From Candidatus Methanoperedenaceae archaeon GB37 (GTDB lineage Archaea > Halobacteriota > Methanosarcinia > Methanosarcinales > EX4572-44), in assembly GCA_905171695.1 (NCBI GenBank), contig LR991653.1, positions 1,146,150-1,210,149 on the forward strand: a stretch of DNA of 64,000 nt, read 5' to 3'. Below the pieces are notes generated by a model that saw only the letters and a program-made list of their open reading frames with translations, ran no database searches and had not been told where the DNA came from. Below are positions 1 to 10,416 of the stretch, in pieces. Numbering within the stretch: position 1 is the first letter of the stretch; each line of letters begins with the position of its first letter. The translations under genes were made by a program, and so were the position numbers.

Positions 1-102
1 GGATGGGTCCGTGGCTGAGGATCTCTGCGGATATGGATAACAACCACTCTTTAATTCCGGATCCTTCTCCCACGTACTTTCTGATGGTTTTTGGATCTGA
101 GA

Positions 103-1112
103 TGCTGTGTTGAACAATTAGCTGGATGGGGTATATCTTCAGGTAATTGTTTCTCTGAGAATGTAAGTTTAAACACTTATGAGCATGTTGTAGAAGATGA
201 ATTTCATCTTTACTTCTTGAAACAAGGCTTCTGTAGATCTTGCTCTGCATGTCTCTCCAAATACTCTTTTAACACCAGAGAAGAAACTCTCTGTTGTCCA
301 TCTGCAGCCATACCTGTATTTATCTTTCCATCTTTCATGACCTAACTCTTTGAGTTCTCTTACTCTCTTAGCTCTGGATGGAGAGCCTCTTGACTTAGTT
401 GAAGAGTTACTTCTTATCTTGATCACTGGTTCTACATTATTTTCAGCAAGATAATTGAAATTCTCTCTGCTATCATAACCTCCATCACCATATACCCTAG
501 TTATCTCTCCACCTCTTCCTTTAATTTGCTTTACCAGAGGTTTTAACATCTTTCCATCACCTGTTCTTTCATCTGTTATCTTTAAGGCTAAGAGTTTCCT
601 TGTTTTAACGTCTATAGCAATATGAACCTTAATCCAACCCTTTCTCGTCTTTCCATTTATGTCTGATCCACTCTCCTCTATTCGTTATCTTCATACCAGA
701 CGAATCTATTGCAACTACAAGATCTTCTCCAAGATTACTAGAGAGTTCAAAGTCTAGTTTCCTCAACCTCTTACAAACAGTGGAATAATCAGCTACCTTT
801 AACTCAGGTATATATTCTGATAATTTCCTCAAAAATCCTTCCATTTGTCTTAATGGAAGGAAAGCTACATGCAAGAAAGCTAGAAAACACATAAAGGTTC
901 GAGGAAACCTGAAAGGTCTGCCAACCTTCCCCTCATTCATCCTATTTAATTCTTCATCCCAGTTCTCAAGGAAATCCAATGAGATATAGAGTTCTCCCCT
1001 CCGCACAAGTTTTTCATTATATTCCTTCCAATTTCTCTTACTCTGCATCCCAATCATCCCTCCTGCAAATGAGAAATACAGGAAGGAAACTTAAGAGTTA
1101 TTCAACACAGCA
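103..1112 (-). mobile_element. IS5-family (IS903-like) insertion sequence, 1010 bp, with intact ends
   Basis: 15-bp terminal inverted repeats TGCTGTGTTGAACAA (103-117) and TTATTCAACACAGCA (1098-1112), one mismatch. Perfect 9-bp target duplication GATCTGAGA at 94-102 and 1113-1121; 9-bp TSDs are typical of the IS903 group. Confidence 0.9.
169..1057 (-). pseudogene. IS5/IS903-group DDE transposase, +1 frameshift near 651
   Basis: ORFs 629-1057 (NWKEYNEKLVRRG...AIDSSG) and 169-549 (VYGDGGYD...RWTTESFF) join into one ~295-aa frame (WKTRKGWIKVHIAIDVKT) if one A is removed at TGGAAAGACG. Confidence 0.85.
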
Positions 1113-1249
1113 GATCTGAGACAAAAATTTATTAACTATTGGATTATAAATCGCTACATAGCAGGAAAAACTGAAAAGGAAGTTGTGAGATGGCTCTCAC
1201 CATAAGAATTAAACAAATAAATCAGAAACAGGAAAATAAAAGCTGTAAT

Positions 1250-1780
1250 TCTAAGAAAGCTGCTCTTCATCAAACCACTCTACGCAGGAAAAGAGCGTAC
1301 CACAGGCAGCAGATGAAGTAGGAATCAGCAAGGTTACTGTGCTGAGGAAGAGTTTAAAAAAAAACTTGGTGAAGTGTTAGGTTCTCACGAAGACTGTATC
1401 ATTGGATTTCTGGATGAAACTTCACCTCAGCTTAATGCAAGCAGCCAGAGGCTGTGGTCTTTTAACAAGCCAGTCGTAAAGAAGAACACAACAGGGCTTA
1501 AAACGAATACCTTGGTTTCTACGCAATAAACGGGAACACTCGAAAAAGGAGAATGTATACGAATTTTTGGAGAAGGTAAGGGAAGAGAATCCTGGTAAGG
1601 CAAATAAAACAAGGAAGACTGCTAATAGGCTAAAGATCATTCCGGTGTTTCTTCCACATCATTCTCCTGGCTTAAATCCAATAGAACTCATAAGGAAGAG
1701 TATAAAGTGAGAACTCTCTTCTTTGCTGACAAAACTCTGAACGAGCTGAAAAACATAATATTAGAGAGAGTTTTAACAGG
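1250..1780 (+). pseudogene. IS630-family transposase remnant
   Basis: Fragments read across frames: SVPQAADEVGISKVT (HTH), IIGFLDETSPQ...RLWSFNKP, VFLPHHSPGLNPIE (LPPYSPDLNPIE-like). Multiple stops and frameshifts. Confidence 0.75.
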
Positions 1781-1859
1781 TCCAGCAAGAAGCTGAGTTA
1801 TACGAGGAGGTGGATCAGCAAATTCTTCTGGTTAATTTATTATGTCGGATACTATAAAT

Positions 1860-2159
1860 CAAGAGGCTACGATGCTACAATGAAGAGAGCAGTTAGAAGT
1901 AAAGCCTTTAATCTCTATGGATAACCTCCACAATGTTGCTTACTCTGTAAGCAACTCTTGTTTACACAGTAAACAAGACAAAAGAACAAGCAGGAAGAGA
2001 GCTCTAATCGAGAGAAGATTTGCTGTTATAAAGAAAGTCTTCAATTCAGCACATGTAATGGTAACAATAGTTGCAAGAACATTGGTCAAGGTGTTGTCTT
2101 CATGTTTCTACTTCAATTTTTATCAGCTCAATGCGTTGAAGAGGAAGGAGGTTATTTAG
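1860..2159 (+). pseudogene. IS5-family transposase C-terminal remnant
   Basis: RGYDATMKRAVR fragment, then SRKRALIERRFAVIKKVFNSAHVMVT, resembling the DDE Glu region of Methanosarcinales IS5 transposases. Confidence 0.6.
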
Positions 2160-2397
2160 TGATAACTACCCCAAATCATGTAAAATAAAGGAAAAAGACG
2201 AAAAAATAAAAGATGTAAAAGGGAAGAATGAGCTTTTCTGGCGAAACAATTCCACATTTGGTTAAGTTGGGTTGGAAATGTGGTGTAAATCAAAGATCAT
2301 GGGTTTTTGTGGTTGGTGTCGTCGCTCTTGGTGGTTATGATAAAGATTATCAAGTAGTAGGGGTGTTACTGCGACTTAGTCCTGGTTGTGGTTGTAA

Positions 2398-3837
2398 ATG
2401 GCTTTCAGTGATCTTCGTGAGTTTATGGCTCTTCTTGAGGAGCGTGGTCTGTTGAAGCGTGTTAGTGTTGAGGTTGATCCTTTTCTTGAGATTACTGAGA
2501 TTGTGGATCGGCTTGTGAAGAGTGGTGGTTGCGCTGTTCTCTTTGAGAATGTGAAGGGTTATGATCTTCCTGTGCTTGCGAATCTCTTCGGGAGTATGGA
2601 GCGTATCTGTCTTGCTCTTGGTGTTGATGATCTTGATGATGTTGGTCGTCGGATTGAAGAGTTGTTGCGGTTTGATGCTCCGGGTGGTCTTCGTGGTGGT
2701 TTAAGGATGCTTTCAAGGTTGAGAGAGTTTGCAGGGTTCAAGCCGAGGATCGTTAAAACGGGGCCGTGTAAGGAGGTTGTGCTCAGGGGTGGTGATGCGA
2801 GTCTTGATCGTTTCCCGATTCTTACGTGCTGGCCTGGTGATGGTGGTCCTTTCATAACGCTTCCGCTTGTTTTTACGAAGAACCCGAGGACTGGGCGGCA
2901 GAATGTTGGGATGTATCGGATGCAGAAGTTTGATTCGAGTACTACTGGGATGCACTGGCAGATTCATAAGCATGGTGCGCGGGACTTTGAGGATGCTGAG
3001 GAGCGGCTTGAGGTTGCGGTTGTGATTGGGGCTGATCCAGTGGTCGTCTATGCTGCAACTGCGCCTCTCCCGGAGGGCTTTGATGAGATCTTCTTTGCAG
3101 GCTTTCTCAGGGGAAAGGGTGTTGATCTTGTGAAGTGTGAGAGTGTTGACCTCTTCGTCCCTGCTGGTTCTGAGATCGTGCTTGAGGGCTATGTGGAGGT
3201 TGGAGAGACGCGGATGGAGGGTCCTTTTGGAGATCACACGGGTTATTATTCGCTCCCTGACATTTACCCGGTCTTCCATATTACGTGTATCACTCATCGG
3301 AGAAGTCCGATATATCATGCCACTGTCGTTGGGCGTCCACCGATGGAGGATGCGTATCTTGGCAAGGCGACGGAACGCATATTCCTCCCTATCTTACGTG
3401 CTCACTTCCCTGAGATCGTGGATATGAATCTGCCTGTTGAGGGTGTCTTTCATAACCTTGCGATCGTCTCGATCGATAAGCGGTATCCGGGTCATGCGAG
3501 GAAGGTGATGCTGGGACTATGGGGCTTGGGTCAGATGAGTTTCACGAAGGTCTTGATCGTGGTGGATCGTGATGTTAATGTGCACGATATTAGCGAGGTG
3601 CTCTGGGCGGTCACCACAAGGATCGATCCAGCGAGGGATGTGATCCTGATCCCGAACACTCCGACCGACACACTCGATCATGCGTCTTCGATTCCGAATC
3701 TTGGTTCGAAGATGGGTATCGATGCCACGATAAAGCGAGAGGATGAGGGTTTTATGAGGGAGTGGCCTAGCGTTCTCACTATGAGAGAGGATATAAAAAA
3801 AATGGTGGATGAAAAATGGGGTAATTATGGATTGTAG
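2398..3837 (+). CDS. UbiD-family prFMN-dependent decarboxylase (menaquinone-biosynthesis MqnL-like subfamily)
   Basis: 479 aa with GGPFITLP, NVGMYRMQ, EGPFGDHTGYY and GSKMGIDAT motifs. Confidence 0.9.
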   Translation: MAFSDLREFMALLEERGLLKRVSVEVDPFLEITEIVDRLVKSGGCAVLFENVKGYDLPVLANLFGSMERICLALGVDDLDDVGRRIEELLRFDAPGGLRGGLRMLSRLREFAGFKPRIVKTGPCKEVVLRGGDASLDRFPILTCWPGDGGPFITLPLVFTKNPRTGRQNVGMYRMQKFDSSTTGMHWQIHKHGARDFEDAEERLEVAVVIGADPVVVYAATAPLPEGFDEIFFAGFLRGKGVDLVKCESVDLFVPAGSEIVLEGYVEVGETRMEGPFGDHTGYYSLPDIYPVFHITCITHRRSPIYHATVVGRPPMEDAYLGKATERIFLPILRAHFPEIVDMNLPVEGVFHNLAIVSIDKRYPGHARKVMLGLWGLGQMSFTKVLIVVDRDVNVHDISEVLWAVTTRIDPARDVILIPNTPTDTLDHASSIPNLGSKMGIDATIKREDEGFMREWPSVLTMREDIKKMVDEKWGNYGL

Positions 3838-3842
3838 ACCCT

Positions 3843-4559
3843 TTATTTTTCTACCTCACCTTCTTCGAGCTGGCGCATGATCTCTTCGTATTCGAGTGGG
3901 TGTTCGGCCTTCATCTGTCTCTCTGGGATGAGTCCTGTCACCCATACCTTTGACATTGGGAAGAGATCCGGGTTGTAGTGGACGTTCCACCAGTGCCATA
4001 TGACGATGGCGAGTGTTGCAAGGAGTGCTTCATCGCTGTGTATTATGTGCATTATATGCACGAAGGATAGCGGTAGAGCATTCCAGAACGGTGGATAGAG
4101 GAGGACAGGTCCTGAGACGCACATGATCACCATGCCCCAGAGAGCGCCCCAGTAGTCGAACTTCTCCTTCCAGCTGTATCTTGCGTACTTTGGAAACTCT
4201 GCCTTTCCAAAGTAGTATTTCATGAGTTGCCAGAAGTCTTTCAGGTCTTTCAGGTCAGCATCGGGTAACACTGCCTTGGGGCCACGATCTATCACCAGGT
4301 AGTAGATGACATGGTATAGTCCTATCAAGACCATTCCAATACCTGCAGCGTGGTGGATGAGTGATCGCATCTCGTATCCACCGAGAATATCTATCACTAT
4401 TGGTGCCCACCACTGGTCGTTGTACTTTATGGGCATTCCTGTTATCACAAGGAGAGAGAACGTGATCATTATCCCCAGGTGCTGGAGCACCTGGTTTACT
4501 GTGAAACGCTTGAAGTACCTCTCCTTCTCAACATTGGGATTGTTCTCTTTCTGTGACAT
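3843..4559 (-). CDS. Cytochrome b/b6-domain membrane protein (FdnI/formate dehydrogenase gamma-like)
   Basis: 238 aa, four hydrophobic segments, His ligand candidates (QH, HH, HIIHS, HWW) and the RYSWKEKFDYW motif. Confidence 0.8.
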   Translation of the reverse strand: MSQKENNPNVEKERYFKRFTVNQVLQHLGIMITFSLLVITGMPIKYNDQWWAPIVIDILGGYEMRSLIHHAAGIGMVLIGLYHVIYYLVIDRGPKAVLPDADLKDLKDFWQLMKYYFGKAEFPKYARYSWKEKFDYWGALWGMVIMCVSGPVLLYPPFWNALPLSFVHIMHIIHSDEALLATLAIVIWHWWNVHYNPDLFPMSKVWVTGLIPERQMKAEHPLEYEEIMRQLEEGEVEK

Positions 4560-4573
4560 CTTACTTCATCTCC

Positions 4574-5542
4574 TTAAAAGTGTCTCTTCAGTTTGATTCG
4601 CGTGAGAAGGTCCAGCAGGACGAAGATTATCAGTACGATTGCAACTGTGCATGTTAGAATGATGAAGAAGATCTCGATATAGAACGCCAGATTGATCGGA
4701 CCAAGATAATATGCGCGCTCCTTTATATCAAGCTTTGACTTATCAAAGACAAGGTCGGGCTTCTGTGCGTGCTGGTTGTAATGCGTCATGCCCATCCATA
4801 CCCTGGCACCAGGTTTCACGCCCTTGTGGCATCCTTCCTTCCCACACGTACCACCAAGATTAGATTTTGATATGGATGATGTCGGGTCGTCCTCACTCTT
4901 GACCGCGTGAGTGCCATGACAGTCAAGACACGTTGCAGCCTTCAATTGTCCAAATTTGAAGGCTTTCCAGTGATACGAATCCTCGTATGTCTCAAGGACT
5001 TCTGTATCCACGCCGTACTTCTCCATCATCTCATGATTGGCGTGGCATCTTACGCACATCTCAAGCTGCTTTGGTCGGTACGTCGGCGAGGCAGGATCTG
5101 ATACCGCTATAACACCATGCCCGCCCCCGTGGCAATCACGGCACTCTGGAGCATCAGGTTTCTCGGGTGTTACCCGATGCACGCTTGATTCGTAATCATC
5201 ACCGACCTCTTCGTGGCACTTTGAGCAGAATTCTGGAGCTTCAGTCCTTGTCGGTGCGCCAACAAAGTTGCCAGACATCACGTCTTTCGTGATCAGACTA
5301 CCGTTTGTGAGATGAACGCCACCATGACAGTCCATACAGTCAACACCATTTACATAATGGACACTCTCTCTAATCTCTGTAACCGCCTCTCTATGGCATG
5401 AGTAACATTCGGAAGAGTCTCCCCCTGCCATGACTCCGATTGGCAGCATGATAGTTAAAGCGAGCATGAGTTGGAGTACGATCATAACCCTGACCACTTC
5501 TCTGCTTCTTCCTCTCTTCAGCCTCTCAAGTTCGAACTTCAA
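4574..5542 (-). CDS. Membrane-anchored multiheme c-type cytochrome (6 CxxCH + 1 CX4CH)
   Basis: CYSCH, CMDCH, CSKCH, CRDCH, CVRCH, CLDCH and CGKEGCH. N-terminal signal/TM segment and C-terminal TM helix. Confidence 0.9.
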   Translation of the reverse strand: MKFELERLKRGRSREVVRVMIVLQLMLALTIMLPIGVMAGGDSSECYSCHREAVTEIRESVHYVNGVDCMDCHGGVHLTNGSLITKDVMSGNFVGAPTRTEAPEFCSKCHEEVGDDYESSVHRVTPEKPDAPECRDCHGGGHGVIAVSDPASPTYRPKQLEMCVRCHANHEMMEKYGVDTEVLETYEDSYHWKAFKFGQLKAATCLDCHGTHAVKSEDDPTSSISKSNLGGTCGKEGCHKGVKPGARVWMGMTHYNQHAQKPDLVFDKSKLDIKERAYYLGPINLAFYIEIFFIILTCTVAIVLIIFVLLDLLTRIKLKRHF

Positions 5543-5754
5543 TATATATCACCTACATTTGATAATATGTACAATTGCTTACGCATCAATTTGTTTGACC
5601 ATACACTACTATGGGTCGTAATTAGAGTCAGTCGCTATAAAAAGTTTGTTCTTTTGTTCTGAACGATAGAAAAGACTATAACTCTACCAGTGCATTCAGG
5701 GATGTGAGAGTCGATAGCAAGGTCTTCTGTATAAAAGTGTTCTTGTTGATTGGA

Positions 5755-7521
5755 ATGGTGAGAGAGCTTAGAACTCCGATTGTATCTGTGATGGGGCATG
5801 TTGATCATGGCAAGACGACCCTGCTTGACAGGATCAGGGGTACTGCTGTTGCTGCAAGAGAGGCTGGGCTGATAACCCAGCACATCGGGGCTACAGAGAT
5901 TCCCATCGAGGTTATCCAGAGGATCTGTGGTAAGGATGCGACCGGAAAGATTACGCTCCCGGGGCTTCTCTTCATCGATACACCTGGACATCGTGCGTTC
6001 ACTACGCTGCGCTCCCGGGGTGGGGCGCTCGCGGATATTGCCGTTCTGATCGTTGACATAAACGAGGGTTTCAAGCCTCAGACGATTGAATCGCTCAATA
6101 TACTGCGGGATCAGAAGACGCCTTTTCTTGTGGCAGCAAACAAGATTGATCGTTTGCATGGGTGGGTTGTGAGAGAGGATGTGGGCTTTCATGAGGCGTA
6201 CAGTCTGCAGGCAGAGCATGTGAGGCAGATGCTTGATACGATGATCTATGAATTGATAGGAAAGCTCTACGAACACGGGTTCAGTGCTGAGCGCTACGAT
6301 CGGATCAAGGACTTCCAGAAGAATATAGCGGTGGTGCCGATCAGTGCAAAGACAGGTGAGGGGCTGCCAGATCTTCTGATGGTACTGCTTGGGCTTTCAC
6401 AGCGATTCCTCGAGAGAGATCTCTCCTACAGCACCACACGCCCTGGTGTTGGAACCATACTTGAGGTGAAAGAAGAGGTAGGGCTTGGAACAACACTTGA
6501 CATTATACTCTACGATGGGAGGATAGAGGTTGGAGACAGTATAGCGGTCGGAGGCATGGAGGGTGTCATAACCTCGAAGGTGCGTGCTCTCCTTAAGCCA
6601 GCACCTCTCTCTGAGATTCGTTCAGAAGAGGGTTTTCTACATGTAAAGAAGGTGATCGCTGCTGCTGGTGTGAAGATTGTTGCACCGAATATGGAGGGGG
6701 CGGTTGCAGGTGCGCCGCTTCGGGTGATCGACTCTGAGACGGAGTATAATGTGGTAGAAGAGATGCAGCAGGATATGAAGAGCGTGCTGATAGAGACTGA
6801 GAGTACAGGCGTCACCATAAAGGCAGATACTCTTGGCTCGCTTGAGGCAATTGTGAACGAGCTTAAAAGGGATAACATACCAATCAGACGAGCAAATATC
6901 GGTGATATAACCAAAAAAGATGTTATAGAGACCAACACTTTAAAGAACTATTTTTACAGGGTTATTATTGGATTTAATGTGAAATTGCTGCCTGATGCGA
7001 AGGAAGAACTCGAAGAGAGCGATGTGAAACTATTCATTGGTAATGTAATATACAGGTTGATCGAAGACTACGGGTCATGGGTGGAGGAAGAGAGAGATCA
7101 TGCATATAAGAAGCAGGGCGAGGTTATAGTGAGACCCGGACGGTTCAAAATACTACCACACTGCATCTTTCGCCAGAGTAAGCCAGCAGTTGTCGGAGTG
7201 CAGGTTCTTGGGGGGGTGATCAAAACAAGGCTCGGTCTGATAAAGGAGGACGGGAAGAACGTGGGCGTGATAAAAGGGCTGCAGGACGCGGGAGAGAATA
7301 TAAGCGAGGCACGGTACGGAGACGAGGTTGCAGTGGCAATCGATGGACCTGTCGTGGGCAGACAGATCAAAGAGAACGAGATCTTATACGTCGACATACC
7401 AGAGCACCACTCGAAGATAATCGAGTTCGACCTTAAAGATAAGCTCTCACCAGATGAATATGAGACATTCGAAGCTTTTCTTGCGATAAAGAGACGAAAC
7501 AATCCTTTCTGGGGAAAATAA
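5755..7521 (+). CDS. infB: Translation initiation factor IF-2 (aIF5B)
   Basis: GHVDHGKTT, DTPGH and NKID GTPase motifs. Start taken at ATG 5755 (MVRELRTPIV). Confidence 0.97.
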   Translation: MVRELRTPIVSVMGHVDHGKTTLLDRIRGTAVAAREAGLITQHIGATEIPIEVIQRICGKDATGKITLPGLLFIDTPGHRAFTTLRSRGGALADIAVLIVDINEGFKPQTIESLNILRDQKTPFLVAANKIDRLHGWVVREDVGFHEAYSLQAEHVRQMLDTMIYELIGKLYEHGFSAERYDRIKDFQKNIAVVPISAKTGEGLPDLLMVLLGLSQRFLERDLSYSTTRPGVGTILEVKEEVGLGTTLDIILYDGRIEVGDSIAVGGMEGVITSKVRALLKPAPLSEIRSEEGFLHVKKVIAAAGVKIVAPNMEGAVAGAPLRVIDSETEYNVVEEMQQDMKSVLIETESTGVTIKADTLGSLEAIVNELKRDNIPIRRANIGDITKKDVIETNTLKNYFYRVIIGFNVKLLPDAKEELEESDVKLFIGNVIYRLIEDYGSWVEEERDHAYKKQGEVIVRPGRFKILPHCIFRQSKPAVVGVQVLGGVIKTRLGLIKEDGKNVGVIKGLQDAGENISEARYGDEVAVAIDGPVVGRQIKENEILYVDIPEHHSKIIEFDLKDKLSPDEYETFEAFLAIKRRNNPFWGK

Positions 7522-7537
7522 GAGTCAGTGATCTGAT

Positions 7538-8473
7538 ATGGATCTTTTCGGCAGGAAGAGAGATAGAACTATAGCCCAACTTGAGGAGACGATTGCAAGA
7601 CTGAGAGATGAGAACGAGATACTGAAAGAGCGTTTTGAGAGGATGGCTGAACGTGAGAAGCGCGCGCTTGCAGCAAGACAAGAGGCTCACGAAGAAGTGA
7701 AAAGACTGAAAGAAAAGCTTCAAAGCTGGAAAAGAATGGTAGAGAGAGAAGATGCGAGCAATACAGGTGGCATCAGTCTCAGGCGATACACTGTGAGCAA
7801 GGCAAAGCTCTTCGAAATCCTGAGGGTGGTCGCAAGCATTCGCGCAGAGAGAGAGACACTCCAAACAATCTACCTCCAGCCACACGCACTCCCCCCAGAA
7901 TCACTCCTCCACGAATACCCACAACTCGAAAAAACGGTGAAGACCCTTGCCACAGAGACCGGTTGCGCCATCTTCCACGACCATAACCACATAATCCACT
8001 TACTTATAATCCCTCCATTCCCAATCACACACCCAATCCACCAAGAGTCCACAGAATTCGACACAGAACCACTCTCCAGACTATTCGATAACACTCACCC
8101 CTTCCTCGTTGTAATCGCACACGCAGGAGACAGTTTTGTGATGCTCGCAACCCCAAACGAGGTTCTATTGGAGAGAGAGGTGCACTCAAGCATAAAATCA
8201 AAACATACCAAGGGCGGATGGAGCCAGCGCAGATTCGAACGACTCCGCGAAGAAGAGATCAGACACCACGTAGGGAAGATAAGAGACGTAATCAGAACGA
8301 TGCTTGAAGAAAAACCCAGGTACATCGTAGCATCAGGCGACAAACGCATCCTAAAAGAGCTCTTCACAGAAGAGAAGAACGTAATACTGTATCGAAAACT
8401 CGATTCGACAATAGAGTACGTACCAGAAAAGATACTGCGAGAAGTGCTCACAACCACAATATGCATATACTGA
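7538..8473 (+). CDS. Vms1/ANKZF1-like (VLRF1) release-factor-family peptidyl-tRNA hydrolase with N-terminal coiled coil
   Basis: KHTKGGWSQRRFERLR catalytic-loop motif; charged coiled-coil N-terminus. Confidence 0.75.
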   Translation: MDLFGRKRDRTIAQLEETIARLRDENEILKERFERMAEREKRALAARQEAHEEVKRLKEKLQSWKRMVEREDASNTGGISLRRYTVSKAKLFEILRVVASIRAERETLQTIYLQPHALPPESLLHEYPQLEKTVKTLATETGCAIFHDHNHIIHLLIIPPFPITHPIHQESTEFDTEPLSRLFDNTHPFLVVIAHAGDSFVMLATPNEVLLEREVHSSIKSKHTKGGWSQRRFERLREEEIRHHVGKIRDVIRTMLEEKPRYIVASGDKRILKELFTEEKNVILYRKLDSTIEYVPEKILREVLTTTICIY

Positions 8474-8502
8474 CCATATTCGAAAAAAGAATTTTCAAAG
8501 TT

Positions 8503-10416
8503 TTATATGAATAGTGTGAAGAGTGCGTAGGCTGTAGCAACCATTATGATTGAGTGTTTCAATCCATCGCGTGCGCCTGTGCCCATCATCTGTCCTGCGA
8601 TGATCCCTGAGAAGAAGCCTTGTATTACTGCTGCGTGCATGAAGAGTGTGGTGTACTCTTCGACCTGTGCACCCATTGAGAACCTGCCAGCACCTGCGAG
8701 CGTGGCTCCTGAAGAGGTATCTGGCATCTGTGGAAAGAACATCTTTGCAAATACATAAAGTACCAGTAAGAAGACGCCAAACGATATGTAAATCACGATC
8801 AGGTGTGATATCAGGATGGTGAACTTCTCACGCCTCAGCTTCTCTGAAAGCTCGGCGTAGTTTGCAGCTACTCGGAGCGTCTCTCTGACGTCGCCTGAGG
8901 ACTCGCTGGCTTTGGTTATCAGTCTGATGATTCGTGATATGGCAACCGTTCTTACGCGCTGCTCAAACTTTACCAGTGCATTGCCGAGGTCATGCTTCCA
9001 GACGATGTCCTTATGTATGAGTTTCACCTCTGTGCTCAGTATTCCGAGGTTGAGTTCACTCAGTGTTTTGATTGCAGCGGCAAGTGGCATTCCAACGTCA
9101 GTTGTCACAGCGAGTCTTCTTAAGAACTCTGGCACTGAGCTCTCGATCTCTCGTATGCGCTTCGTCTGCATCTCGTAGAAGAAGAGGAATGGTGTTAAGA
9201 GCATTAGTGTGCTGATTATGATAAGATCGTCAAGAGTGTCGAGTCTTGGCTTCTCTTGGTGGAGTGTGGAGGCGGCGTAGATAGTTACTGCAGGTATCGT
9301 GAGATAGAAGGTCTTTGCAGGGTTTGAAAAGAATATCTTAAGTGGTTTCTTTCTTGCCTGAATGATACTTGTCCAGCGCAGGGATCTGAGCATTCGTCGT
9401 ACTCTTCTCTCCTCATTCTCTCTGGGAGGTGCTGTCTTCACATCATCATAGTGCATGAGCTTCTTGTAAGCTGAGTATGTCTTAACGAGTCTGGCATCGC
9501 TCTCAAGCGTGATCACACTCAAGAGGATGCTGAATGCGATAGCACTCAAAGGTATCACCGCGTATACTACAAGCTTGAGTGTGAGCGAGCTCCCGGGTCC
9601 CATAAGCCCCATTACTATCAAGATTGTTATGAGGAATAATGGTCCTGCCACAAATGCTGTGATGTATGTCTCTGCAAGCATGCCAAGCGTCTCCAGGTGC
9701 AGTCGCTGATCTGCTGCCGCAGTCTTCTGGTAGTGATCCACCATTCTCCCAAGAAATGCTTCAAGACTTCCACCAGTCTCCACTATATTCACGAGATTCT
9801 CAAGAAAGTCTCCAAACTTGTCTGAGCGTGTCTCGATTGCAGCGTTCTTGAGAGCGGTGACAAGATCTTCGCCTCCAGCCTCAACCTTCATCACTATATA
9901 TGCAAACTCCTCTGCACACTCCCCATACACATCTGTGTGCTGGGAGAGCGACTTGAGTATCTTGGCAAGCCCAATCCCGCCTTCACTCAACGCGTGCATG
10001 TATGCGACCGCGTGCGGAAGAGTGGCATCTATCACGCTCTTTCTGATCTCTGCAACAAGCCTTGGATACGTGGTTACACCATAGTATGTCACAGCCCCAG
10101 TTGCGAGTGTGAGTAAGAATATTACTGTTGTTATGAATATCTGCTCACCGTATCCACTGAAGATGGTGTGGCTAAGCCCGATCTTCAGTGAGAGCCTTGC
10201 GTATACCGTACTCCACAGAGGTCTCATAAGATAGGCAGAGAGAGCACTCAGAAGACCCGTGATCACTGCTAAGAGATATGCACCGCTCACGTATGCATCC
10301 CATGGGACGCCTGTGTGTGCCTGGCGGATAGCTGCCCTTATCTTAGAGTAGTTATCCTTCCTGGCTCGCACATACCTTCCGAATATTACAAACCCAAGTC
10401 TATGAAGTTGGTTCAT
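8503..10416 (-). CDS. Type II secretion/type IV pilus membrane platform protein (FlaJ/TadC-like, two T2SSF domains)
   Basis: 637 aa multi-TM protein with two repeats of the 'L..A..YM.ALS..G' / 'FLR.LA.....G' pattern; directly downstream of the secretion ATPase. Confidence 0.85.
   Translation of the reverse strand: MNQLHRLGFVIFGRYVRARKDNYSKIRAAIRQAHTGVPWDAYVSGAYLLAVITGLLSALSAYLMRPLWSTVYARLSLKIGLSHTIFSGYGEQIFITTVIFLLTLATGAVTYYGVTTYPRLVAEIRKSVIDATLPHAVAYMHALSEGGIGLAKILKSLSQHTDVYGECAEEFAYIVMKVEAGGEDLVTALKNAAIETRSDKFGDFLENLVNIVETGGSLEAFLGRMVDHYQKTAAADQRLHLETLGMLAETYITAFVAGPLFLITILIVMGLMGPGSSLTLKLVVYAVIPLSAIAFSILLSVITLESDARLVKTYSAYKKLMHYDDVKTAPPRENEERRVRRMLRSLRWTSIIQARKKPLKIFFSNPAKTFYLTIPAVTIYAASTLHQEKPRLDTLDDLIIISTLMLLTPFLFFYEMQTKRIREIESSVPEFLRRLAVTTDVGMPLAAAIKTLSELNLGILSTEVKLIHKDIVWKHDLGNALVKFEQRVRTVAISRIIRLITKASESSGDVRETLRVAANYAELSEKLRREKFTILISHLIVIYISFGVFLLVLYVFAKMFFPQMPDTSSGATLAGAGRFSMGAQVEEYTTLFMHAAVIQGFFSGIIAGQMMGTGARDGLKHSIIMVATAYALFTLFI

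Noticed and set aside
629-660. Programmed ribosomal frameshift joining the two IS5 ORFs
   Set aside because: No slippery heptamer or downstream structure is evident; a single-base insertion explains the split.
4236-4253. 9-bp tandem repeat GTCTTTCAG in the cytochrome b gene
   Set aside because: It is in frame (DLKDLKD) with overlapping partial copies, compatible with ordinary protein sequence or slippage; not counted with the frameshifting duplications.
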